A stretch of 64,000 bases of DNA from Thermoanaerobaculia bacterium (GTDB lineage Bacteria; Acidobacteriota; Thermoanaerobaculia; Multivoradales; JAIOJS01). Under the pieces are notes generated by a model. That model made no database searches. It had not been told where the DNA came from and worked only from the letters and a program-made list of their open reading frames with translations. The stretch spans positions 87,252 to 151,251 of the forward strand of contig CAWJWP010000033.1 in the NCBI GenBank assembly GCA_963846495.1. The letters are read 5' to 3'. This document shows positions 30,620 through 43,253 of this stretch, piece by piece (positions within the stretch are counted from its first letter, which is position 1; every line of letters begins with the position of its first letter). Made by a program: the position numbers and the translations under genes.

Positions 30620-30913
30620 TTACCAGCTGCGGCGGGGACCGCCGCCACCGCCGCCGCCGCCGCCGCGCGGCTCGCGCGGACGCGCCTCGTTGACCTTCAG
30701 CGCGCGCCCGCCGAGCGTGTAGCCGTTGAGGGCCTCGACGGCGGAGTCGGCATCCTCCTCGTCCATCTCGACGAACCCGAAGCCGCGCGGCTGCCCGGTC
30801 TCCCGGTCGTTGATCAGCGAGCAGGAGTGGACGCGGCCGTGCTGCTCGAACAGGTCGCGGACTTCATCCTCGGTGGCGCTGAACGGAAGGTTGCCCACGT
30901 ACAGCCTCTTCAT
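30620..30913 (-). CDS. RRM-type RNA-binding protein, copy 2 (glycine-rich tail)
   Basis: About 75% identical to copy 1. LYVGNL / RGFGFVEM. C-terminal G9 tract. About 240-nt upstream leader. Confidence 0.85.
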   Translation of the reverse strand: MKRLYVGNLPFSATEDEVRDLFEQHGRVHSCSLINDRETGQPRGFGFVEMDEEDADSAVEALNGYTLGGRALKVNEARPREPRGGGGGGGGGPRRSW

Positions 30914-31154
30914 CTTCCTCTCTCCACGGTAATCCGGCAATCAGGCGGGGAAGGGGAAGGCCTTCGCTTGGGGGAAGAAGACCGGAGCCGGCAACGGGCC
31001 GGGGGCCAGGGGGACTGCAGCCACCATCGGAACCAAGAAGTTGTGAAAACTGCCGGCGATGATAACACAGGGCGCAGATCCGGGCCGGTGCGCCGCCGAA
31101 GCGGCGGGGCCGGACCGGCGGCGAACGGCGCGATGGGACGCGGCCGGCCCGGCG

Positions 31155-31820
31155 CTATTCGGTGCCGTTGGCCGGCGCCGCGATCTTGCCGGCGACGAGC
31201 ACGCCGACGGTGCGGCCGGCGCTCTTGACCGGCACCGCGATGTGGACGAGATCGAGCCCGGTGCTGGAATCGGGCTCGCTCTTCGAGACGAACACCGCGC
31301 CGCCGCCGCCCGCCCAAGCGCGGGTCCAGTGCTCCTCGTCGCCCTGCCAGAAGTCGCTGGTGCGTTGGGTCATGCAGACGATCGCGCCCTGGTCGTCGGT
31401 GACGAACGCCTCGGCGTAGCCGAGGTTCGCGGAGACGAGCGTCTGCAAGGCCTGCGCGCACTCGTTCTTCGCCAGCGCGGTGGCGAGACCTTCCGGATCC
31501 TGGCCGCGCTGCCACGCCTGGTCGATCGCCTGCACCCGCTCGGCCGCCAGCGGCGCCTGCTGCCGCGCCTTCACCGCCAGCACGACGCGCTGCACCATCG
31601 CCCAGCGTGAGACGAGCTGCGCCGCGCGGCCGAGGAGCTCGCGGTCGCCCGGGGTCAGGTGCTCGTCGGCGAACTGCGGACCGGCGGGCGCAGCGGGCGG
31701 TGTGGGCGCCGGCGCGCTAGCCGTCGCCGCCGGAGCGGGTTCCTGCGCGACCGCAGGGAGCGCGGCGAGGAGACAAGCGAGAGAAAGACAGGCGCTCGAC
31801 GCGACCGATCGCTTGCGCAT
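31155..31820 (-). CDS. Secreted/periplasmic hypothetical protein (possible sensor-like domain)
   Basis: Signal peptide MRKRSVASSACLSLACLLAALPAVA followed by a Pro/Ala-rich linker and a globular domain. Confidence 0.45.
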   Translation of the reverse strand: MRKRSVASSACLSLACLLAALPAVAQEPAPAATASAPAPTPPAAPAGPQFADEHLTPGDRELLGRAAQLVSRWAMVQRVVLAVKARQQAPLAAERVQAIDQAWQRGQDPEGLATALAKNECAQALQTLVSANLGYAEAFVTDDQGAIVCMTQRTSDFWQGDEEHWTRAWAGGGGAVFVSKSEPDSSTGLDLVHIAVPVKSAGRTVGVLVAGKIAAPANGTE

Positions 31821-31918
31821 GGATCACCTCGTGGAGTGTCGCGGGGCGAAGCTAGTGTAACGCGCTGTCGACGGCGGCGCGTCGCTGCAGCGGCAAGTGG
31901 GATAGCGTCCGCTCTTCC

Positions 31919-32818
31919 GTGACACCACTCCTCCGCCCTCGGCGCCGTCGCGCTTCGCCGCGCGAAGTGGCCTTCGTCAAGTATTACCAGAAGGGGTCGA
32001 CGGACATCGCTGCCGACCAGATGGCGGTGGCACTGCAGCGACGCGGCATCGCCGCGCGCTCGATCTTCGCGCGCGAGCTCGGCGCGCTGCGCGACGCGGT
32101 GCTGGTGTTCGTCAAGCGCATCGACCTCCTCGACCTCTGGCGGGCGCGGCGGGCCGGCAACGCCCTCGTCGTCGACGTGCAGGACACCGTCGTCTTCAGG
32201 CGCGGCATCCGCTACGCGGCGCTGTGGGACGGCATCATCTTCCGCAGCCGCCGCCAGCTCGAGGACTTCGGGCGCGGCCGGCCCGGCGCCGTGCTCATCC
32301 CGCAGCACTGGGACGAGCGCTACTCGCCGCGCACCGTGCCCGACGACCGGCTGCGCCTCGGCTTCCTCGGCGACCCCCGCTCGTTCCCATTCGGCGAACC
32401 GCTGCCCGGCGTGACGACGGTGTTCGACGACTGGTTCGGCCGCGCGCCCGAGCTCAACGCCCACCTGTCGGTGCGCGGCACTACGCGCGAGCGGCTCTAC
32501 AAGCCCAACAACAAGGTGTCGACTGCCGGCGCCTGCAACGCCGTGCTGCTCACCAGCCGCGACGAGGCGGCGCGCGAGCACCTGGGCGACGACTACCCGT
32601 TCTACACCGAGCCCGACCGCGAGTCGGTGCTCGCTTCCATCGCGGCGCTCGAGCGCCGCGTGGGCGGTGCCGACTGGCAGCGAGCGCTCGAGCAGCTCGC
32701 CGCCGTGCGCGCCGCGACTTCGCTCGAGCGCACGACCGACCACTATCTCGACTATCTCTCGCGCTTCGGCGAGCTACGCTCGTCGGACGGCGGCGCCGCC
32801 ACCGTCTCGGCCCCCTGA
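31919..32818 (+). CDS. Hypothetical protein (start uncertain)
   Basis: Composition is coding-like from about VAFVKYYQKG onward. GTG start at 31919 is uncertain. No family assigned. Confidence 0.35.
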   Translation: MTPLLRPRRRRASPREVAFVKYYQKGSTDIAADQMAVALQRRGIAARSIFARELGALRDAVLVFVKRIDLLDLWRARRAGNALVVDVQDTVVFRRGIRYAALWDGIIFRSRRQLEDFGRGRPGAVLIPQHWDERYSPRTVPDDRLRLGFLGDPRSFPFGEPLPGVTTVFDDWFGRAPELNAHLSVRGTTRERLYKPNNKVSTAGACNAVLLTSRDEAAREHLGDDYPFYTEPDRESVLASIAALERRVGGADWQRALEQLAAVRAATSLERTTDHYLDYLSRFGELRSSDGGAATVSAP

Positions 32819-32823
32819 GCACC

Positions 32824-33756
32824 ATGCGCGTCGCTTATTTCGTCCAGTCGCACCGCCAGCCCGAGCAGGTCTTCCGCCTGCTGCAGCGGCTGCGCGAAGG
32901 CAGCCCGAATGCGGCGCTCGTCGTCGGCCACTGCCCGACGCAGCCGGCGCTCGACCCGGAACGGCTACGCGCGCTCGACGTCCTCGACTTCCGCCACGCA
33001 CGACAGGGCCGCCGCGGCTACTGGTCGCTCCTCGAGCCCTATTTCACCGCCGTCGAGCTGCTCGCCGAGCGTGGCGAAGCGTACGACTGGCTCGTGTATC
33101 TCTCCGGCGCCGACTATCCGCTGCAGCCGCTGGCGCGCACGGAAGCCGAGCTGCGGACGAGCGACTACGACGGCTACATGACCTGGTGGCCGATCACCGA
33201 GCCGTTCGAGGACGGGCGCCGGCGGCAGGGCAAGGTGCGCTACGGCTATCGCTACACCGACCACCCGCGCCTGCTGCTGCTGTTGCGCGTGCTGCGCAAG
33301 CTCAACGGCTGGCAGCCGTGGTTCCAGGTCCACCTCACCTACGGGCCGCGGCTCGGGGTGAGACAACGGCACGTGCCGGCGCTCGCTGGCCGCACCGTCT
33401 ACCGGGGCTCGCAGTGGACGACCCTCCGCCGCGTCTGCGCGGAGCGGGTAGCGGCGGCGAACCGCGACGAGCCCGACCTCGTGCGCTACTTTCAGGGCAC
33501 CGTCTGCTCCGACGAGGCGTTCGTGCAGACGGTGCTGGTCGCCGACTCCTCGCTGCGCTTCTGCAACGACCACCGCCGGTGGATCACCCCGGTCTTCGAT
33601 CGTGCCGGCCGCCCCGGCACGCTGCGGCTGGCCGACGGTCGCGCGCTGGTGGAGAGCGGCCGCCACTTCGGCCGCAAGGTCGACCCGGACGTCGATCCGG
33701 CGCTGCTCGACTATCTCGACGCGAATCTGGAAGGGCAGCCGGAAACGAGCGGCTAG
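32824..33756 (+). CDS. Putative glycosyltransferase family 14 (core-2/I-branching enzyme-like)
   Basis: MRVAYFVQSH...DWLVYLSGADYPL pattern resembles bacterial GT14 Branch-domain proteins. Tentative. Confidence 0.45.
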   Translation: MRVAYFVQSHRQPEQVFRLLQRLREGSPNAALVVGHCPTQPALDPERLRALDVLDFRHARQGRRGYWSLLEPYFTAVELLAERGEAYDWLVYLSGADYPLQPLARTEAELRTSDYDGYMTWWPITEPFEDGRRRQGKVRYGYRYTDHPRLLLLLRVLRKLNGWQPWFQVHLTYGPRLGVRQRHVPALAGRTVYRGSQWTTLRRVCAERVAAANRDEPDLVRYFQGTVCSDEAFVQTVLVADSSLRFCNDHRRWITPVFDRAGRPGTLRLADGRALVESGRHFGRKVDPDVDPALLDYLDANLEGQPETSG

Positions 33757-35743
33757 CGCCCGGGAGTCGCCGGCTCAGTCCTGGGCAGCGGCACGTCGCG
33801 CACCGGCCCCTCCGGCGCCGTTCCCACCAGCTGGTCGCGGTACTGCAGCAGGTAGAGCCGATAGTAGATCCCGCGCCGCGCCAGCAGCTCCTGGTGCGTG
33901 CCCTGCTCGCGCAGCTCCCCCTTGTGCATCACCAGGATGCGGTCGCAGCGCTGCACCGTCGACAGCCGGTGTGCGATCACCAGGCTGGTCCGCCCGACCA
34001 GCAGCCGGTCGAGCGCCTCCTGGATGCGCTGCTCCGTCTCCGTGTCGACCGAGGAGGTCGCCTCGTCGAGGATGAGGATGGCCGGATCGAAGGCGAGCGC
34101 GCGGGCAAAAGAGATCAGCTGCTTCTGCCCCACCGACAGGCCGGCGCCGCGCTCCTGTACCTCGGTCTCGAAGCCCTGAGGCAGCCGCTCGACGAAGTCG
34201 AGAGCGCGCGCCTCGCCGGCCGCCCAGCGCAGCCGCTCACGGCTGATCGCGGGATCGCCCAGCGAGACATTGTCGGCGACGTTGCCGGCGAAGAGGAAGA
34301 CGTCCTGCAGCACCATGGCGATGCTGCGCCGCAGCTCCTGCAGGTCCCACAGCCGCGCGTCGACACCGTCCACCTCGACGCGGCCGCGCGTCGGGTCGTA
34401 GAAGCGCAGCAGCAGGCTCGCCAGCGTGCTCTTGCCGGCCCCGGTGTGACCCACCACCGCCACCGACTGCCCCGGCTCGATGCGGAACGAGACGTCGCGC
34501 AGCACCGCCTCGCCCAGCTTGTACTCGAACCCGACGTGGTCGAACACGACCTCGCCGCGCATCGTCCGTGGGCGCGGCCCCGGCGGCACCGCGGCGAGCG
34601 TCTCGTCGAGCGGCAGCGCCACGACCGCCGGCCGGTAGGGCTGCTCGGGCGCCGCGATCTCGACCGGCGCGTCGAGCAGCTTGAAGATGCGCTCCGAGGA
34701 CGCCATGGCCGCCTGCAGGATGTTGTACTTGTCGGAGAGGTCGGAGATCGGCTCGTAGAAGCGCTGCGCGTATTGGAAGAAGGCGACGAGCGCGCCGATC
34801 GACACCGCTCCGGCGAGCACCTTGGCGCCGCCGTACCAGATGATGAGCCCCAGTCCGAGCGCGGTGGTGAGCTCGACCGCCGGGTAGTACACCGCGTAAT
34901 AGAAGATCGTCTGCACGTTGACGTCGCGGTGCTTGCGGTTGATCTGCCGGAACTCCTCGTGCGCCGTCTCCTCGCGCCCGAAGAGCTGCACCACCGTCAT
35001 GCCGCTCACGTGCTCCTGCAGGAAGGCGTTGATGCGGGCGATCCAAATCCGCACCTGCCGATACATGTCGCGCGACCGCGCCTTGAACCACAGCGTGATG
35101 AGCAGCAGCAGCGGCAGGATCGAGAAGGTGACGAGCGCCAGCCGCCAGTCGAGCGCGAAGAGCACGACGACGATGCCGAGGAGGGTGACGACGTCGCCGA
35201 AGATCGACACCAGCCCGGCAGTGAACAGCTCGTTCAACGCGTCGACGTCGGTCGTGGCGCGGGTGACCAGCCGCCCCACCGGATTGCGATCGAAGAACGA
35301 CACCTGCAACCGCTGCAGGTGAGCGAACACCTCGCGCCGCAGGTCCCGCATGATGCGCTGCCCCATCAGCTGCATCACGTACGACTGGCAATAGAGCACG
35401 CCGAAGGTCAGCAACAGCGCGACAAGAAAGACGCCACCGCACCAGGCGAGCCCCTCAGCCGGCGTCGAGCTGGATGCCCGTTCCGCGCCAGCACGCCGGC
35501 CACCCACCGCGAGACGCCGGTGAGCGGGCCGCCGCCGAGCGGCCGCACGAAAAGATCGAGCGCCACAGCCGTAGCAAGCGGCCCCACCAACTCGAGAATC
35601 GACGACAACACGACGAGCACAACGGCCACCGCCATCTGCCCGCGGTAAGGCCGCACATACCCGACGAGCCGCCGCATCAGCCGCGCGTCGTAAGCCTTGC
35701 CGAGCACCTCCTCCTGATGCGGATCCTGAGGCTCGTCGGCCAT
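33753..35743 (-). CDS. ABC exporter, fused permease/ATPase (MsbA/lipid A-type); frameshift near 35460-35490
   Basis: The N-terminus (MADEPQDPHQEEVLGKAYDARLMRRLVGYVRPYRG...) is in one frame. The TMD3-NBD (FDRNPVGRLVTRATTDV, Walker A GHTGAGKST, signature LSVGQKQL, Walker B ILILDEATS) is in another. Confidence 0.75.
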
Positions 35744-36044
35744 CGCGCGGCACGATAGCAGGGCGATCGCAGCGCACCGGCTCGTTCTTCATCCGGCGAC
35801 CACTCCCGTGCCGCGAGTCATCACGAACGAAGGGCGGCGCGCATCCCGGCAATGAGCGGCACGACAGCCAACCAGCCATAGCGACGCCATCGCCGCAAGC
35901 CCACGCGCCGCGCACGGCTCCCCCCATGTCACAGCCGGCACTCAAACCCCTGTGCTACACTGCCAGCCGACAAAAAACGTCACATCGCGAGAGGTCGCTG
36001 CAGCGGCTCTCTCGTGGCATCTCCTCGAAGGGAGTGGAGCTGGA

Positions 36045-37178
<1,134 letters not shown>

Positions 37179-37197
37179 AGGTTAAGGAGTCCCGCCG

Positions 37198-38406
37198 ATG
37201 CCGAACTTCATCTGGAAAGGCAAATCGCGCACGGGAGCGGTGCAGGAGGGCGTCCTCCTCGCCGACAACCGCAACGCCGCCGAGGCGGTGCTGCGCCGCC
37301 AGAACATCCAGATCACCAGCATCAAGGAGAAGGGGCGCGAGATCGCCATCCTGCCGCGGCTGCCGCAGGGCGTCTCCAGCAAGCGCGTCGCCCTCTTCAC
37401 CCGCCAATTCTCGGTGATGCTCGACGCCGGCCTGCCGCTCGTGCAGTGTCTGGAGATCCTCGGCGACCAGGAGGAGCAGCGCACCTTCCGCGAGATCATC
37501 CAGAAGACGCGCTCCGACGTCGAGCAGGGCGCCTCGCTCGCCGACGCCATGCGCAAGCACCCCAAGGCGTTCGACGCCCTCTACGTCAACATGATCGCCG
37601 CCGGCGAGGCGGGCGGTATCCTGGACATCATCCTGCAGCGCCTCTCGACCTACATCGAGAAGTCGGTCAAGCTCAAGAGCCAGGTCAAGTCGGCGCTCAT
37701 CTATCCGGCCGCCGTCATCACCATCGCCATCGGTGTGGTGTGGATCATCCTCTGGAAAGTGATCCCGGTGTTTGCCCAGCTGTTCGCCGGCCTCGGCAGC
37801 GAGCTGCCGCTGCCCACCCGTGTCGTCATCGGGGTGTCGAACTTCCTCGCCCGCTTCTCGATCTACGTGGTGATCGTGCTCATCTTGGGCGGCATCGCCA
37901 TGTGGCGCGCCTACAAGACACAGCCGAGGTTCACCCGGATCGTCGACGCCTCGCTGCTCAAGATCCCCGTCATCGGCATGCTGCTGCGCAAGATCGCCAT
38001 CGCGCGCTTCTGTCGCACGCTGTCGACCTTGACCTCGTCCGGCGTGCCGATCCTCGACGGTCTAGAGATCACCGCCAAGACCGCCGGCAACACCATCGTC
38101 GAGGACGCCATCATGGCGGTGCGCAAGGCGGTGGAAGAGGGCAAGACGCTCGCCGAGCCGCTCGGCCAGACCAAGGTCTTCCCGAGCATGGTGGTGCAGA
38201 TGATCGGCGTCGGCGAGCAGACCGGCGCCCTCGACCAGATGCTGTCGAAGATCGCCGACTTCTACGAGGACGAAGTCGACACCGCCGTGGCCGGCATGAT
38301 GAAGCTGATCGAGCCGCTGCTGATCACCGTGCTCGGCGGCATCATCGGCTTCATCGTCGCCGCCATGTACCTGCCGATGTACTCGATCCTGCAGAAGATC
38401 GGGTAG
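37198..38406 (+). CDS. pilC: Type IV pilus inner-membrane platform protein PilC
   Basis: Duplicated GspF/PilC domains (FTRQFSVMLDAGLPL / FCRTLSTLTSSGVPI). 402 aa. Confidence 0.9.
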   Translation: MPNFIWKGKSRTGAVQEGVLLADNRNAAEAVLRRQNIQITSIKEKGREIAILPRLPQGVSSKRVALFTRQFSVMLDAGLPLVQCLEILGDQEEQRTFREIIQKTRSDVEQGASLADAMRKHPKAFDALYVNMIAAGEAGGILDIILQRLSTYIEKSVKLKSQVKSALIYPAAVITIAIGVVWIILWKVIPVFAQLFAGLGSELPLPTRVVIGVSNFLARFSIYVVIVLILGGIAMWRAYKTQPRFTRIVDASLLKIPVIGMLLRKIAIARFCRTLSTLTSSGVPILDGLEITAKTAGNTIVEDAIMAVRKAVEEGKTLAEPLGQTKVFPSMVVQMIGVGEQTGALDQMLSKIADFYEDEVDTAVAGMMKLIEPLLITVLGGIIGFIVAAMYLPMYSILQKIG

Positions 38407-38422
38407 GCGAGCCCGGCCGCCC

Positions 38423-40282
38423 ATGGGCACCACGAGTGGGCGGGAACGCCCCCTGCGCTCTGTCTCCCGGATGGAGGGGCAGGGGGTCGGGGGAGCGGCA
38501 GGAGTAGCGCAGGACACGGAAGTCGGGCAAGGCCCGGCGGCGAGCTTGGCTCGCGGCGGCGTTCCTCTCGGCCGGCGGCCGCTCTTGCATCTCCCCGGCG
38601 CCCGCGACCCCGGGCTGCTGCGCCGCCAGCTCAAGTGGCTGGTCGCCATCCGGCTGGTGGTGGTGACGAGCGTCTTCCTCCTCTACTTCCTCGTCGCCCT
38701 GCTGCCCAAGGAGCCGGGCCTCTTCATCGCGCCGCGCTTCATCTTCCTGCTCCTCGGCCTCGCCTACGGCTTCTCGCTCATCTATCTGGCCCTCCTCGGC
38801 GCGCGCGTGCTCGCCGCGGCGCAGGCCTACGTGCAGTTCCTCGGCGACCTGCTGCTCATCACCGCCCTCGTCTGCTGGTCGGGCGGCAGCGCCAGCCCGT
38901 TCTCGATGCTCTACCTGATCGTCATCAGCGTGGCGGCGGCGCTGCTGCGGCGGCGGGCGGCGATGCTGGTCGCCAACGTCGCCTACCTGCTCTACGCGAC
39001 GACGCTGCTCGGCCTCCACTACGGCTGGCTCCCCGCCGGCGTCGACGTCGACCAGAGCTCGGTCGTCCTCCTTCTCTACAAGCTCGCCATCCACCTGCTC
39101 GGCTTCTACGGCGTCGCCTTCTTCACCTCCTACCTGGCGAAGAACGCCACCCTCGCCGAGCGCGAGCTCGAGGAGAAGCGCGAGAACCTCGCCGACCTGC
39201 AGGTCGTCTACCACGACGTCGTGCAGTCGATCTCGTCGGGGCTCATCACCACCGACCGCGAGGGCGCGGTCACCAGCGTCAACCGCGCCGGCGCCGAGTT
39301 GCTGCGCCTCGACGCCGAGGGGCTGGTGGGCTCCCACATCGGCGAGGCGCGCCTCTTCCCCGCCGCGCGCTGGGACGAGCTCACCGCCGAGAGCCGCAAG
39401 AGCCGCTGGGTGCGCGCCGAGAACGAAGAGGGCGGCCCGCACGGCAAGAGCTGGTTCGGCTTCACCGTCACGCCGCTCAACGACGCCCATGGCAGCCTCG
39501 GCGGCTACATCGTCGTCTTCCAGGACCTCACCGAGTGGCGCGCCCTGCAGGCCGAGCTGCGGATGAAAGACCGCATGGCGGCGGTGGGCGAGCTCGCCGC
39601 CGGCATCGCGCACGAGATCGGCAACCCGCTCGCCGCCATCTCCGGCTCGGTGCAGCTGCTCTCCCCCGCCGCCGAGGACGATCCGCAGAAGAGCAAGCTG
39701 CTGCAGATCGTGCTGCGCGAGAGCCAGCGCCTCGACCGCACGATCAAGAGCTTCCTCCAGTTCGCGCGGCCGAAGGAGCGCGCGAGCGTCTGGTTCGACG
39801 TCGCGCGGCTGCTCGCCGAGCACGTCGAGCTGCTGAAGAACAGCCCCGAGCTGCAGCCGCGGCACCGGCTCGCCGTCAGCCTCGAGCCGCCGAGCGCGCG
39901 CCTCCTCGCCGACCCCGACCAGGTGAGCCAGATCTTCTGGAACCTCGTCCGCAACGCCCTGAAAGCCATGCCGAACGGCGGCACCCTGGCCATCGGCGGC
40001 AGGCTGACCGGCGACGTCTACCAGCTGCGCGTCGCCGACTCCGGCCGCGGCATGGGGGCCGAGGAGCGCGCCAAGCTGTTCCAGCCCTTCAAGTCGTTCT
40101 TCGACCAGGGCAGCGGCCTCGGCATGGCCATCGTCTACCGCATCGTGCAGGAGCACGGCGGGCGCGTCGTCGTCGAGACGGCGCCCGGCGCCGGCACCGC
40201 CATCACCGCCGAGCTGCCGGTCGCGGGAGCGATCACCACCACCGACAGCGCCGCCTTCGTCGTCTCGGCGGTGGCGCCGTGA
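38423..40282 (+). CDS. pilS: PilS-like sensor histidine kinase (6TM-PAS-HisKA-HATPase)
   Basis: Multi-TM N-terminus, PAS, H-box AGIAHEIGNPLAAISG, and N/G1/G2 boxes. Follows pilC and precedes a sigma-54 regulator. Start may be at 38471 or later. Confidence 0.8.
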   Translation: MGTTSGRERPLRSVSRMEGQGVGGAAGVAQDTEVGQGPAASLARGGVPLGRRPLLHLPGARDPGLLRRQLKWLVAIRLVVVTSVFLLYFLVALLPKEPGLFIAPRFIFLLLGLAYGFSLIYLALLGARVLAAAQAYVQFLGDLLLITALVCWSGGSASPFSMLYLIVISVAAALLRRRAAMLVANVAYLLYATTLLGLHYGWLPAGVDVDQSSVVLLLYKLAIHLLGFYGVAFFTSYLAKNATLAERELEEKRENLADLQVVYHDVVQSISSGLITTDREGAVTSVNRAGAELLRLDAEGLVGSHIGEARLFPAARWDELTAESRKSRWVRAENEEGGPHGKSWFGFTVTPLNDAHGSLGGYIVVFQDLTEWRALQAELRMKDRMAAVGELAAGIAHEIGNPLAAISGSVQLLSPAAEDDPQKSKLLQIVLRESQRLDRTIKSFLQFARPKERASVWFDVARLLAEHVELLKNSPELQPRHRLAVSLEPPSARLLADPDQVSQIFWNLVRNALKAMPNGGTLAIGGRLTGDVYQLRVADSGRGMGAEERAKLFQPFKSFFDQGSGLGMAIVYRIVQEHGGRVVVETAPGAGTAITAELPVAGAITTTDSAAFVVSAVAP

Positions 40283-40292
40283 GGCCGCCACG

Positions 40293-41690
<1,398 letters not shown>

Positions 41691-41809
41691 TCCGCGCGTA
41701 TGCGCGGACGTATCCCGACGAGCGCAGCGACGAGGGATCTCGATCTGGCACGCGGCGACGCGGCCCGGCGTGCCCGCTGCACAGCGACAACGGATCTGAC
41801 CCTGACTCG

Positions 41810-43178
41810 ATGACCTCCTCCTTCGACCCCGGCGACAGCCGGCTGCTCGCCGCCTTCCAGGCCGACGTGCTGCACGGCGCGCCGCTGCCGTGCACGGCCA
41901 TCCATGCCGACGATTCGATGCTGCGCTTCTTCGTCGAGCGCCGGCACGGCCATCGCGAGCGCGCCGTCGTCGACTACTTCCGCACTGGGCATTCGGCGGC
42001 GCGCGCCATCGAGACGCTGCTGCAATGGTGGTTCGGCGAAAGGCGATCCTCAATCCGGCTGCTCGACTTCGCGAGCGGCTACGGACGTATCACGCGGTTC
42101 CTCGTGCAGCGGCAGGCGCCCGAGCAGCTGTGGGTCTCCGATCTCTTTCCGGCCGCGGTGGAGTTCCAGCGCGAGCGCTTCGGGGTCAACGGCTTGGTGT
42201 CGAGCAAAGAACCGACAGAGCTTGCGTGCGACGAGACCTTCGACTGCATCGTGACCTCGTCGCTGTTCAGCCATCTGCCGCCCGCGACGTTCGAGGCTTG
42301 GCTGCGACGGCTCGTGGCGCTGCTGCGGCCGGATGGGCTGCTGCTATTCAGCGTTCACGATGTCTCGTTGCGGCCGCTGTTCGGCAAAGCGCCGCTCACT
42401 CCAGCCGAGCTAGCGAGAAGTGGCGGCATCCACTTCGAGTCTGACTCGGAGATCCCCGACCTTCACGGTTACGGCACCACTTGGGTCGACGAGTCGTTCG
42501 TCCGCCGCGCCGTGGCTGGCGGCGGGCCTCGAAGCGTGCGTTCGCCTGCCGCGGGCGCTATCGTCGTTCCAGGACTACTACGCCGTGGGCCGCACGGGTC
42601 CTACGCAGCCGCCGCCGCAGGTCGCCGAGCCGATCGGTTACCTCGAAGCAGCGGCGCGCTCGAACGGCGGTCGTGCGATCGCGCTCCACGGCTGGGCGCA
42701 CGACCTCTACGGTCCCGGTCTCGACGCGGTGGAGGTCCGCATCGACGGCGCCAAGGTCGCGAGCTGCGCGGTCGAGCATTCCCGTCCCGACGTCGCCGCG
42801 TTCTTCGGCGAAACCGATCTGCGCGCGGGTTGGGTGGTGACCGTCGACACCAGGGCGACGCGCGCGCTCGACGGCGCGGCGATGATCTCCGTTCAGGCGG
42901 TGAGCCGGAACGGCCTCGCGCACCTGATCCACCTCGGCTCCGTCGAAGGCACCGAGCTCGGCCTACGTCTCGACGAGGAGCACGAGCAGCGCAAGCGCGC
43001 CGAAGCCGAGGCGATCGCCGCGAGGACCGCCACCCGAGCTGCCGCTGCCTCCGAGGCGGTGCTCGTGAGCGAGCTCGACCGCATGCGCGCCAGCCGCTTC
43101 TGGCGGCTTCGCGACGCTTGGTGGCGCCTCAAGTCGGCGCTCGGCCTCGCGCGCGACGACGGCACGAGCCCTCGCTAG
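41810..43178 (+). CDS. Class I SAM methyltransferase fused to an about 250-aa uncharacterised C-terminal domain (paralog A; frameshift near 42525)
   Basis: LLDFASGYGRITRFL ... FDCIVTSSLFSHLP ... LLRPDGLLLFSVH. The frame changes at about 42525. The C-terminal domain ends MRASRFWRLRDAWWRLKSALGL. It is homologous over its full length to 45789..47133. Confidence 0.55.
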
Positions 43179-43253
43179 CGTCGCGGCGGGCGGCGCTGGC
43201 GTCGCCGTGAGCCCGATCACGCGCAGGGCCGTGACGATCTCGAGGGCGAAGCG

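Noticed and set aside
30421-30648. 75-aa minus-strand ORF overlapping the 3' end of the PAP2 gene
   Set aside because: Ala/Gly-rich, overlaps a well-supported gene, and shows no start signals. Likely a chance ORF.
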